DNA of 64,000 nt from Tubulanus polymorphus. Lineage: Eukaryota > Animalia > Nemertea. Location: NCBI RefSeq assembly GCF_964204645.1, contig NC_134029.1:5580001-5644000 (forward strand), in the 5' to 3' direction. Below, in pieces: positions 1 to 13,779 of this stretch. The position numbers and the translations under genes are program-made. The notes under the pieces are model-generated. The model saw nothing but the letters and a program-made list of their open reading frames with translations. It was not told the DNA's origin and made no database searches. How positions within the stretch are numbered: the stretch's first letter is position 1; each line of letters begins with the position of its first letter.

Positions 1-3000
1 AGTACATTGAATTATTTACGTAGGCGTTTTTATTTACAGATCAATCGCGATCATGATGACGTGTTCGAATTAGAATCTGTATTGAAAAATAGATAAACCT
101 ATGGGAACTACAATACAGAGTACACTAGCCACCGCTGACACCCCCTGCGGCACACCCTCGATGTCTCAGCGATATGCCATGTTACGAGTAACTACGTAAA
201 AAGAGTTCCCTTTACGCGATACAGTAACAATAACTATGATAGTATGATTGAAATTGTGACTTCAACCATAGACTCAAAAACGAAGGGACGTGAAACGAAA
301 ACGCCGGCTTTTTCGTTTTAGAGCCCATGCTTCAATCAATCATTTATTTACCAGTTTTGTAACATGATTGCGGTCGTAAGTATGGTATCTTTCGAATAGT
401 TATAGGACTAAAGAGTGCTTAGCCTGTGTGTATTCGAATGGGTCATGGGTCACGAGTTCGACTTTTGGGACACGCGCCTTTCTCTCTCTCGTAAGAGTCT
501 CCGAATTTTCGAACCTACGACACGCTGATGGTGCGTAGGATCTATTCGATCGTCATTTGCATAACAAAGCAATTGCGAGCGTTGGACGTCGGGAAGAAAA
601 AGTTAACTTTATAGTTTAGTACCTGCCATAATTCCTATTCGTTACGTCGTTATCTATGTACTGTTAACTTGAGGTTGTTTTTATCTTGAAATTGGGATTT
701 TCCCTGTTATTTATTTGATTGGTAGATCTATTTTGATTGTAATTTGGTGTCCCTTTCAAACCCACCACACCTGCCGGGAGCGAAACAGGGGATTTGATTT
801 TGAAATCGGAAGAAGTACAGATACAAACTTGAGTTTATCGGCGGTCAAAATTACAGACATTTTTGTTTAAATCGAAATACATAATTGGAAATTCAGGATA
901 ACTTCAGGTTATAACCGCACCCGGCAATCTTAGGGCTTAATACTAGCTGGTCCAACTAAAAGGTGTTGGCCATGTAAAGCAGAAGATGAAAAATGGAAGG
1001 CTAATTTTCTTGTGATAAATGGTCATTGGATAAAATTTGGATAAAATTTATATGGAGGATTTGTGGGCTTTTATTATCAAAAGCAAACTCATTTGAAACA
1101 ACGCATGCGTCAATGGTAGGCCGTTCGTAGAGTAACAAAATCATAATTCGCTTTTCGTGTGGTCATTTTTCTCACAGGCAATTGACTTTGATAATCAGTC
1201 TTGGAATCTTTAAGGAATGGCTTAAATCTTTAGGCAAATGTATGATTTTTTCATGGCCTTGTTGGCCGTGATGTGACTGCATATATAAATCACTGATCAA
1301 TAACAATGTCACTAAGGATACCCGGCATCGGGGATGGAAAGGGACCGAACGCACAATTTATGAAAGCCATGTGTCGAGAAAACCTGTCGTTTTATCATCC
1401 CACCAGTTATAATTGATAGATATCTTCGAAATTTGACATCTATTGGTTTTTTATTTCTATAGCGTGTTGTGTGAATCCTAGAAGCAGGTGACGATAGGAT
1501 GATATTGTTGATAGATTTGAGTGGAGACGTCTGCAAACAGGGCAGCTGCTTAAACCTAGATGTCTGGCTTCAAGCCGCGGAAACGCTGATAGATGCTGAT
1601 GTTCCACAATGGGAACACTTTTTTCGCTCGTCAAGACACGACCTTTGACAGAAAAATCGACGTTTTGAGCACGCGTTATGATCTCACCAAACGCTCGTTC
1701 CACGTGGCTGTTTCTGCTTTTACGAACTTTGCCTATCCCTATCGAGCTCGCATACATCGAATTGTTGTGTAATTTTTAATGTATTTGTTCCAACGGTGGG
1801 CCAAAAGTTGCCCTGAACACAACAGGGAGGCGTTTAACGCGCTCGTAAATGGCCCACACGTGTTTTGGTGGGTGCAAGAAAGGCTGTAATGTAGATATGT
1901 TGCAGTCACGACGGACCATCTGCCCCAAAAACAACGAGTTAATTGTTCTTTGTGATTCACAATTGTTGGTTTTCTTTACATAAGGCACAAAGAACCTTTT
2001 CACGTTTAAAGTATATTTCAAACCAGGCTGGCTCATTTACATAAATTATAAGGCTATGCGGACTCGAGCAAGCAGCTTTCCGTAGCTACCATTGTGTCAT
2101 TTACTCCCCGCGAATCTCGGAAATAGCGCAAATATTGCGCAAAGTGCGTCAACGCGTCGGAAACCGGTGAGAAACTGATCTTAGACAGTCCGCAACGGCA
2201 TCAAAAACCGCGCGTAAGTGCGCTTCAAATACCGGCGGGAAAAACTTTTCAATCGAACAAAAGAGCATTCGTCTGCGTGTCGCAGCGACTTCTAGCGGCT
2301 AAACAATAGCTGCCTTTCACCGAAAAAAGAACTGCACACAAAACAGCATAAACGACATTACCACTGTACTTAATGCACTTTTACTCCTGTTAACTCACAT
2401 TCATCATGTTTAACCAATTAATTTGCATAATTCACGCAATTTCACTATTTATACTTTCGAACTAATATATTTATCGATTATATTGTATCGTTTGCGCGCG
2501 CGTGTATAAAAGAAGGAACGATTCGTTTTTAGAGTGCCCTGAGCTCGGTGTCCAGTTCTGACTTCAATTAACTAAATATGCTTCGTAATAATTAAGTCAA
2601 GATACATGAATATTTACCGAATAATTAAGTGAAGGTTGAAATAATTGTAGGCGTTATTCGGGTGTGTAACATGAAAGCATCCCAGTTAAAAGGAAATTAG
2701 CTCGAGCAACAGGTCGCCATGGACTGGTTGCACGCTATCTCATATCTTTTAAAACGCCGATTCACTTATCGATAGTGTCATCAAGCAGAAACCATGATTC
2801 ATTTCTATATGAATGTAGACACAGTTATATATATAGTCGTGGAAAAAAATCAAATAAAAATCTTCTCTCACATCTAGCGTTTCGTCCGTACAGTTTTCGT
2901 TCTGCTATATAGACGAGGTGATTCTCACTCTTATTAAACGGTCATCGAAGACAATCCCATTTACCGGTAGACATCGTGTACGTTTTCCTATCAAATCTTC

Positions 3001-6000
3001 TTTTGTAATTCAAATCAGTTCCAGCGCTTTTTGCAATTATGTTTTAAATTCCCCATTCGCACAGATTCGTTCATGATCATAGTATACATTAAATCGTGCT
3101 GGTATGTTCCATTCGAGATCAAATCCAAATGCCATTGTTATTCTGATTACAAAGTACCTGGTATCGTATTAAATGACATTTGCTGACATGCAATATAATT
3201 GAAAACTGATGCAACTTAATTATTCTGTATTATTTGAAATATTAAATACGTCACATGATGCACCACACCAAGTTAACATGTATCATTAATGTAAATAAGA
3301 AAGGTGCGTCTTTGCACGACTAAACTGACGCCTTCGGCTGCCGAATGCCGGGCTTTATGCGCACGCATCAGATGGATTCCAGCACCTGTAACATTGAATA
3401 AATACGGGGATTATAATTATGCATTACCATCAATAAAAATTATCGGTTTTCGAATCTGAACGGGATATTCGGTTATTCGAGGTTTAGTTGTATACATGTG
3501 ATATACTATATCGGTTTGCCGCGTTTCAGCTGCGCTTCAGATGAAGATACAACAGAATTTATCATTTAGTTTTCCCCGACGTTTGTTTGCGGCCTTCCGA
3601 GTTAAGTGGCGTTTTCAAATAACCTGTTAAAACATCCGATTCAATAACGCCTTTTCTCTGTATGTGGGCTTGATTTAGTTAGTAACTTCAATAACCTTAA
3701 TCAAACACACTCGTTTAAAGTCACTCAAATGTATAGTCAACATGTATTTGCAATACAAAGCAGAATGTCTAATCAGCTTTTTTGATGATTTTGTTATCCA
3801 CATGTGTACGTGATGTGGTTGCTCGTGGTCGAAACAGCATGAACACAGTCGAAAGCCCTTGAGATTGTCCGATCACACAAGGATATCACAAGAAAATGAA
3901 TTTAAATAGTCATACATTTTATCATTGTTGTATAGTACGTGTTATCAATATGCCTAACCTTGGAGAAATCAGACTGGTTACTCCAATACCTTACCGGAGA
4001 CCTTACTGTCGATTTCGGGGTTTTGCAACGGATAACTGCCTGTTCAAGACGTAAATGCCGCGAGGGCGGTTCGAAGTGGGACCGGAATCGAGGTCAGAAA
4101 TTAATCCAAAAAGAAATGATGTGAAAACATTAATAGTAAACTGGGAAAGGATCACAATGAATAATTGGATTGCGATTAAGCTGCTCAATGGCAGTTTCGG
4201 ACAATTAGATCGCCGCTCTGGAACTTCATCAAATTACAAAAGACATGTGTTAATCCGGCCAAGGAACAGTTATCATTAACGGGTTATCGGAGGATATTGA
4301 AGTCGCGCTGTGCAAACATTCGTCGACGTTCCGATGTTTTCTTGTCGATAACGACCGAAAGGATTAGCGACAGTGAATATACGACTCATGTCTCACGAGC
4401 CACGGGTAATAACGTTGATTTTTTATGGCACCTAGCGTGTGGCGTTTGATATTTTATGGAGTCTTTCCACGCGCCACACGTCGACGTGTCCAGTTTTATC
4501 CGACGATTGTGTTTATTCCGTCATTAAAAACCATATTGACGAATTAATGTCCAGTCGGTCGGACGGTCATTAAGCTGTATTCTGAATCTAGGCCTGCAGA
4601 TAATCCCATTGTTTGGTCACAGAAAGACGGCAATAGCGCGACCTCGTCCAATGTTGTGTGTCCTGTAATTAGAATATTTTAGCCTCATTTATTAGGATGA
4701 TTATAAATAAGATAAACACAAGGCGCTGCCCGGTGTCCGTTCCATTGTACGACGTGGCGTCCGGATGCAATTACCCAGGCAACCGCTCGCATACAACTAT
4801 CCTATCGAAATAGCCATGACCATATAAGGTTGAGGACAATATCAAAAGGCATCCTTGTCCACTTCATGAAATAAAAAAGTCGGTATCACCAAATGGTTAG
4901 GTTCGGTTTTATGGTCAGTGCGGTCATGACGTTTACTCTTTTGTTCTATGGTTTATTCTACCCCCGGAGCTCGTACCAACAAAATCCAAAATACGATAAT
5001 TGTTTCCATTGTTTCATCGTGGCTTAACGCTGTATTGGCTGTTATTTTGTTATCCTTCTTTAATAACCTTTTGAACTGGTTGACGCTAAAAGCGTTTCCT
5101 GGACGCCGTCTTTAAAAACACACGTGCGCCAACTTCAAGCGGCTTTTGCGCTGTTCTTCTACGCCGGTGCACAATATAACACGGACCTGGTCGTAGCCAC
5201 CGGCTAATTGTAAAAAGCGGATAAAATGACACACTTGTATCGATTAAGACGGTGAGACGGCGTTCAGAAATTTCGCAGCAGCTCAATCGAATAATTGATA
5301 ATTAAAGAAAGCTCAGCTCGTTCTCTAAGTGTGGGTATGGCGCCAGTTCTGTTCAGAAAGATAATCTACACTTCTTGCTTTCCCGTCAATTTTACGTATT
5401 TTTCGTAAATGTATTACAATCAAAGGTTGTAATACATTTGAAAAAAACACGCTCTAACAATATACTACGATTTATTCATTGGGTAATGAGAAAAAAAAAG
5501 ATTTTCGATGATGGAGGTTTTGTTACGACGTATACGGATGTTGATTGGTGGTGCGAATGAGTAGCTTCGGCGTGATGACAAGGTGGCGATCCCCCGCTGC
5601 GAACGGGACCCATTGTACACGCATGGCCGGTCCAGTCTGGTTTAATCAAACCAATTCTTCCGAAAACAACCAGTTTTAAGCGTCAGACTTCAAAAAGTCA
5701 GTTCCAGGCGTTTTCGTAAAACTGTCTCTAGCGACATCGATACGACCCGTCAACATAGCTAGCTATAAGCCGTTCAAAACACATTGTTATTTTTCCACAA
5801 AAAAATCGCGTTTGTCATGGTCATTGGTAACAAAACATTCAAAATGACTTAAGGTTGTGTGCGCGGAATGGGTTATGTTACAACAATGATATCTGTATGA
5901 GCTCAATAGAATTGTCTCAGATTCTTCAGGTTATCCAAAGAGCTTCGTGTTTGTTCATTCCTTTTTTTATACAATCATCAACGTCATTTCATTGTGTATA

Positions 6001-6264
6001 CGACGAACATACGTCAGGACAAACTGAGATTCAAATTGACGAGTTAAGATCAGCTTTTGTACGAGTTGATGGTACTTCGGGACATTAAACATTCTCTTTC
6101 GTTTTATTTGTAGAAATCGCAATCAAACTCCAATTGAAAGTGACTCCTCTTTTTATAGTTACTATCCCGTTTTGTCGATTGCATGGTTGAGAATACTTCT
6201 CTTTGTGTAATCGAAATGTAAATATACACGCGAATTAACTCGTAACAATTTTTCCATTGACAAT

Positions 6265-6441
<177 letters not shown>

Positions 6442-7649
6442 GCCAACTAACACAATCTGGTCGATGAAAAGTAACCCCTATTTATATACATGAAAACCCT
6501 ACAACGAGGAAGAGCGTGTTGATTAAGTTTTCATTATTTTTTGCTCTTCTGCCCAAGTGATAATTTCTAAACATCTATAGACGACCATCCTTCAAAGCCT
6601 ACTTCTACTTGGAAAAAATCAGTTTAAAATGGGTCATTTTCGTTGGAAATCATCTGTGTCACTAACCGAAATATCCACGAGTTATTGAACTTGTTAAAGA
6701 GTTTGTTTTGTCAGGTTCCCCGGAGAATATCATAATATTCACTTGGTACCGGCAAGTCAGTATTGAATTCTGGCGTCGATGTTGGGCTTTAAAAACGACG
6801 GAAACATAAAAACCGGATATACGAAAGCATGTACACACAATATTTCGCTATTCATATAAATAATTTATTAACAAAGACAAAAAATAAGTTATATAACAGT
6901 TTATGTACAGGTGTATATTGTTATTAAAATATATGAATATACTTCTTGCTGCCACCCGATGCATATTTATGAGCAACTTTGTAATATAGGGGTACAGAAG
7001 GCCTCTTTAGATGTTATCATCGTAATTTGGCTTGAAAGCGCGTCCCCGAAAATAACCAGTATATACATAGATAGCTTTATTTACTCGGGACACTCTGAAC
7101 GATGAAAAAACCAAACTGGCGATTGTAAGCGTGAATGGATACTGCGACTCAAACGATTCAATATCATGTATATTAGAATGTGATACAGAGGAATTACCGT
7201 TTTTGAACATAAGGCATGGACCGTCACGTATGATGAAGGTTTTCTTCATTGCATCTATGATTATAAACTTCATAATCTGAGGCCTGTCGTTAGATTTCAT
7301 AGAGTTTAGTTGGGTCCTGAATTGCGCATATTTGACTTACTACTACACAAAACCGGCATTAAAGATTTGTACCGATATGTGGAACTTCGATGGTCCGACC
7401 GTAAAGTATCATCTCGATTTTCAAAAACTAGATATCATTAGTTAGGCACAATCAATTCAACATTTTTTTTTTCATTTTCAAATGACTTTAACATCAATTG
7501 AGCTCGGGGGGGGGGGGTATTGAAGGCACACGTGACAGGGCATCGACTCTTATTGATTACCTAATGATTCATAACAAGATCTTTTGTATCAATAAAAAAA
7601 CCGCCTCCGTTTTGTATTTACATATACAGGATAAATTTTTAGAAGATTA

Positions 7650-7655
7650 TTTATT
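7650..7655 (-). promoter_or_regulatory. Candidate Gsx polyadenylation signal (AATAAA)
   Basis: tttatt on + (AATAAA on -) about 420 nt past the Gsx stop; alternatives at about 7077 and 6864. Confidence 0.35.
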
Positions 7656-8076
7656 TTACCACTGTGTAGAGTTTATGAGCAAATTCCAAGTGATTGCATA
7701 GTTAACTTCGAGTTGTCGGTTCGATGGCAGCTGCTTAAAGTTACGTAGGATTTATGCATGAAATCTGTGCAAACATCATCCGATTGAATGATGAAAACAA
7801 TATATATCTATATAGATTGATAAAAGGATATCATTACTTCGCGATATAGTTTTACAAACTGATATGAAATGTTGAAATGCTTTGATAATCGAATTAAGAT
7901 GTTCGTTTAACGATGAAGGCAAAGTGTAAAACACCGATTTAAGACGGACGGTTTCTTCTTATATAAGCATACACGATTCATTTGCTACAAACAACAAATT
8001 TCATCCTACACAATATGCTCCAAGATTCGTCGTTTGCATGATAGTTTGATATTGTTACTGAGGTCGATGTTTTTTT

Positions 8077-8573
8077 CTATTTTTGGGTCGTGTCTGCTAC
8101 GGCGTTCGTCTGTTGGTGAAACACCGACGCCGTCGAGGCAACTTCGATGACGTTATCGCGGTCGCTAAGCAGTGAATGTTCATCGTCGGAAGTATCTCTC
8201 ATTTCTGCTTCATTGTCCGAGAAATAAATACTGTCCTTCGTCGATACTGAACTCTTCTCGTCCGAACTACAGCCGTGATGCCCGAACGAATTTTTCTTCT
8301 CATGTCTCGAGTTGCACGTGCGCAAACAACGACATTTTCGCTGACCCTCAGTGGCGTCTTCTTTCTTGTATTTTACGCGTCGATTCTGGAACCAGATTTT
8401 CACTTGCTTTTCGGATAAGTTCAGATACGTGGCGATCTCTATACGGCGCAGGCGAGACAGGTACATGTTACTGGCGAATTCTCGCTCGAGCTCCAAAAGC
8501 TGGGTACTGGTAAAAGCCGTGCGGATCCGCTTGCTGCTGTGTAAATCGTCGGGACTGACACTTCTATTGTTAC
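8077..8573 (-). CDS. Gsx: Gsx (GS homeobox / ind) exon 2, containing the homeodomain
   Basis: Homeodomain [58 protein letters not shown] is diagnostic of the Gsx/Gsh/Ind family. Acceptor (minus) cctatag|GT at 8574/8573 is phase 1 and joins exon 1 in frame. Stop TAG at 8079-8077. Confidence 0.96.
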
Positions 8574-10058
8574 CTATAGGAATACAAGAGTGGAGAACTA
8601 TAACAAATATCGTCAACAATCATCGAAAAGTTCAATATTTCTAATTATGTAACTTTCGAATTTGTTTGATTTGCAATTCAATTTAGGATTTCAAACAGCG
8701 TATACGATGTTTGTACTTTGCAATGGTTAGCCCACGTGGCATAAAATTAACTAAAGAATATGCAGTTTATTTATTTCCTTATTCAACGACCCGGTTATGC
8801 TTGCAGGTGTACAAACTTAATAATGAATACTTTATTTTACGCACGAGATCTAAGCAAACTTTTGAAATTATTCATTATCGACTCGGCGGTGTACGCATCG
8901 AATTAATGAATATAAATTCCGGTTTCAGCATCGATTTACACTGTGTAATTAAAAGTCAACCACGATTTGATACGGGCGCCGACATTATTCATGCATATTT
9001 TGAAATTAAAATTCATAAGCTATCTAATATAGATATCACTTATCAGTAAAAGGGATTATCATTTTTTTATTGTAGTCGTTTTGCATCGATTGATTCTGCG
9101 TATTTTCAGCAAGCTGTCTTAATATCAAACGTTTACAGTTGACCTTTTATGAATTCAAAATACAAAAATACAAATGCTAAATTGATAGGACTTTAAGCGG
9201 AATAAAATTTAGAATACAGAATTATGTAATGTGAGATAACTTATTTGGTAAAAAATCTTAAGAATCGGTAATCTTATCGCGAAATTGATTAAAATGGTGC
9301 CGTGAAATATTTTCAAATGTACATATGCATTCGAACGTCGAAAGTTTGCAGCAATGTGAAATTTTTTCCACCAAAAATTATTTGGCTTTATCAAATCACT
9401 CATGTTTTACTTAATATGTCATTTTGTTCAAGAACCACCGCGCGCTGGTTTTTTATTCGACTCCGAATGCGGCGCATACGAAATACGAAATCGTTATTTC
9501 AATTGAGGAATTGAGGGGTTAGCGATGAGCAACCCGTGGCTACAATGCGTGCAACGCGTGGCATGACACAACAGGGCGCTTAGCGTGTTTATGAATTCAT
9601 GTTGTCCCCGAGTCGTAACATCTGAATATCATCCCAATTAATTCAATTAATAAAATCTTCACACGTCACCTTAATGAGCGCGATGTATGTTTTTAATCGA
9701 GCGTAATATTGCCGAACCCGAATCAATCCGAATCTCTTTCTATTTTTCTTTGAAATTGATTTTTGTCCGAATTACGCGTGTGTTATACGGATATCAGTAG
9801 GGAACATTGTAATTTTTCCTCCAACAAGCAGCAGGGGTAAAAATCCCAATAGCGAAAATATTGCTGAATAATTGAAGATTAAAAATGTTCGGCCTTCTGT
9901 TCGGGATTCATCATGCGATCATTTTGGCACTAAATCTTTTTCGCAGCATTTGCCAGTAAAAAAATGCTACTAATTCTCTGCCTTTTTTACTCAAAAGTAG
10001 GTTTGTAACGAATGAATAAATGGTCGCCATGAAGTATTTAAGATTCAAATTGACTTAC

Positions 10059-10494
10059 CGATGCTTGGATAACGTATTCTGTTGGAATCATGAGCAAGTC
10101 GGTAAGGCGTCGGTCTGTCCAACGGCGGGCTGATGTTGCTGGCAGTTGGTCGAGGCATTCCTAACGACGGACGAGGAGCTGCCCGAAACGCTGATGGTAG
10201 AACATGAGACGACATGACGCTATTGGCCGCAATACTGCTTACCGGTTTTATCAGCGGTAGAGCCGAGGTCATCGGGATCATACCGGCAGGGGTTCTCACA
10301 CACAGGGGGCAGCACATACCGAACATGTCCGCGGGATGGGACCCAGCGCGCGGTATACAATGAAACGAATGACCAGGCAGTCCGTGCATGGCTGGATGGT
10401 CAACGTGTCCAATATGTCCGTTATTCAACGACGGGGAATCGAGTCCATTGGCTTTCTTCACTATCAACGAGTCCACCAAAAATGAGCGAGACAT
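10059..10494 (-). CDS. Gsx: Gsx exon 1 (N-terminal SNAG-like motif, CCPLC motif)
   Basis: Starts MSRSFLVDSLI (Gsx/SNAG-type N-terminus) and contains CCPLC, similar to the CxCPLC of Gsh proteins. Donor G|gtaagt at 10059/10058. Exons of 436 + 497 nt give 310 aa plus stop. Confidence 0.93.
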
Positions 10495-10680
10495 TTCTAT
10501 AAAGTTATTCCACTGACTTCTCACCCAAATATAAAAGGTATCCGAAGGAACAGATTTAGATTAAGTTCGTAATTGGATAAATCCTCTTATGATACGTGGT
10601 GTATTTTTCTTCGCTCGTGCCGCGATGTCGCGCATGCGGTTCCAAACGACAGTTTGATGCGAGTCCACTCAAATCATGGC

Positions 10681-10687
10681 TTTTATA
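10681..10687 (-). promoter_or_regulatory. Candidate Gsx TATA box
   Basis: Minus strand reads ccaTATAAAAgcc about 190 nt upstream of the ATG; a CCAAT motif lies at about 10854. Confidence 0.45.
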
Positions 10688-13600
10688 TGGCGAGCTATTG
10701 TCCCGATCGAGTCGACGAGCTGGATTCCGAATATCACGCATCAATCAATGGAAATTTAATAATGCTGACGAATCTCATCATTATAATAAAAAGCTTAGTG
10801 CAAATAAAGGCGACGCTTCAAGCATAAATACGACACGCAAGTGAAGCATTTTACCAATCAAAATTCTGCAATGTTTTGTTGAGCACGCGGCGGTCGTGCG
10901 AACGGGGCGGGGTCGGCTGGGACGTCCATCGATTCGGAGGGTTTTATTGGTCCGCAAACTGTACGCAGAAAACGCCTTTAAACTAGAAACAATTTTCATC
11001 TATCGATTAATAAATGATATAACAAAAATAAGTTGTATACATAGATTTATCGTTGATTATCGATTGATAACACTTAAAGATCTGCACGGACGACTGAAAA
11101 ATCTTTTTTTTTTTGATATGTATAGCAAATATTGGGCCAGTTTGTTTTTTTTGCTCATGAGAAATAAAACCTATTGTTGGAATGAGTATTTTGGTAAATT
11201 TCTGTCTTACAATCGTCCAATCCTGATCAACAACAAAGATTAACCAATAATACTGGGTAGACAAAATGTATATTGAATTGTATTGAGTCGATGTGAGTCA
11301 AGGCTATGTAGTTCAAGGTAAAAAGTACAAAATCCGATTTTCCCACAAAGGGAGCATCAATGTTCATTTGAATTCGACTTTTTATGTTTTTATATTTTTA
11401 AACGCTTTATCGTATGTCATTTTCGAAAATCTAGTTGCTCTTTGTAACATCTCGTTCAATCTGCATGCCGCCATATTTTTTTCGTGATATTACGCCTGAG
11501 CGCGCGAACAATGCGCTGGTCTCGACAATGCGATGTGGAAGCCGTTCCACCAAAACAGGTGCACGCTCGAATTATACATAAAACGTGTTTACTCACTTGC
11601 ATCCATATAATAACTGCAATGCGTAATTAATTTTAAAAATGTAAAAAAAACAAGATGACTCTTCATTTGTGTCGGCCTAATTTGTGGTTTCAAGTGAAGT
11701 TAATTTGTTCACAGCTGGTCAATGTTTATCGTATGCATTATTCACAAAAAGCGCCATGTATTCATTTCATTTTAGCTATAACGTTAAACTAAGCCACTTT
11801 TACGCGCGTTTTGATAAACGTCAATCGTTTGTAGACCCAGATGACGCCAACAATGATATTATGTAGCCTTTTTGTCTATTCAAACGGTTTCATTTAATGA
11901 AAATATTCATGTCAATATTATTACGATATGGTAATGATTTATATGAATTTCTTTTTAAATGTAGGTGATATATTCCATCATAAGGGTCTGTGAAACCCAT
12001 GTTGACGAGGCCAATTATCGCTGATAATAAAAAAAGATTAAAAAAGAGGATTATCAGATGTGGAGGGTGCCTTTTCTCTTGTTAGTAATCCCAGCTTCAT
12101 ATTCAAATGTGACACACTTAAAACCAGCTAACTTAGGTTATATTGATAAATGCATTCCTGTTAGTCAACGTAAGGGCATTTTATTATTAGATACATTAAT
12201 CAGATTCTTGTGAAATACATGCTTATTGTGAAATAGAGACGAAGCCTCTTGAATGAAGCATAGAAACATGTAATTCACAAATACGGGAATTAGTGGAAGA
12301 CGTTTCGAATGCTCAGTTTTCGTCCTCGGTAACTCGAGTTTCTAGTCATTTTCCGTTTACAAATCCATCTCAATTTAATTGGACTTAATGGATTCTGACA
12401 ATAGTCGGATAGAACGGTCCGTGTGAACTATGAGGCGACGCGGAACACGAGTAAATACTTATTAACGTTTAATACAATCACTGCAGGCTATTGTTTATAT
12501 CGTCCGAACAACGTTTAATAAGGAGTTTCGCTGAAACCGGACACTCAACAGTGTGGGCTAACAATAGCGCCCTGGAGTCCCCCATTCAATTTTGTGTTGG
12601 CTTTCACACCTGTCCAATGTATGTCCCGTGTTTCTTATTTACGGAGATACCCGAACGGGAAAGTATTTATCATGTATTGTGCGTATGATTAGAATAGATA
12701 TGTTTACAGTCTTGCACGTTTTGTTGCCACACAGATTCATCATCTTCGGCGCCAATCCAGGGACCACTGTCGAAAGTGGCAGAACTTAAAAAGGGCATTA
12801 GCCAGAACAAACGAGGTGGTATCATTTTTGACAATTGACTGCTTCGAGATGTAGTACTGCATATTGAGATACAGTTCCCAGGTATTAAAGACGAGATCCT
12901 GAATGTTGTGCATTTTTGTTGAAAATCATCTGCCTCGTCTTGTAAAAATTTGTCCTACTTTTGATGGAGACGACTAAATGCGTCTTTTTTACTTTGGGGA
13001 TGAAAAAGGGCACGAGATTTTCGCGAACGGTAGCACGAGCTTACCGTCTGAATCCGCGCCTCTACACAACAAACGTGATATTACCTTTTCTATTGCTTGT
13101 ATATTTGAAAAAAATATATATTTGAAAAAAAGTGGCGCCGTACATGTCTGAATTCTGGAATTTTGGAAGTTGAAATAGAGGAAAAGTTGAAATTAGGAAG
13201 ATCCTCTAATCTACAGTGTGATGCCATCGATGTTGTCTACAGAATTTGGGATCGAAACCGCGGCATTATGCGTAGATTTTTTCATCTCAATACAGTCTTT
13301 AATCGACAAATATGTCAACCGCACGGCGACCGCAAACTTGAAACTGAATTTACAGTAATTAAATAGCACTTATCTCTCATTTCGACAATACAGCGTACTT
13401 ATGATACTTAAAAAAGTATGAAAACAGACGCGGAAGCGCGACCATGTATGATTCGTATCTCGTGGATCGTACGCAGTCGCGCGCCTGTCACATCATCGAG
13501 GAGTCACATGGCGGCAAGCTGCACGTACTTGATCCAACCAAAGAGTGCCGATACTTATTAGATAGACCGCTACACGGCGACCACAGAACACGCGACAGTT

Positions 13601-13779
13601 ACAATTCGAACACAAAAATCTATATAACTCAAAATGAACGTATATTATGATGACCAGTAATTGAAAAAAATAGATCTAATTTACATATATTTGAATATGA
13701 TACTTCACGCGTAAACTCGAATGTTTCGATCGTTTTTCCTAAATTCAAGATTTAATTAAATGTCTAGTTAAACACGTTT

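Noticed and set aside
8172-8644. Plus-strand ORFs overlapping Gsx exon 2
   Set aside because: Antisense shadows of the homeobox exon with no independent protein features.
12299-12329. Minus-strand hammerhead-like motif ccgagga..ttcgaaacgtc (a similar one at about 32185-32230 on +)
   Set aside because: Catalytic core deviates from CUGANGA and stem I does not form; at most retroelement debris.
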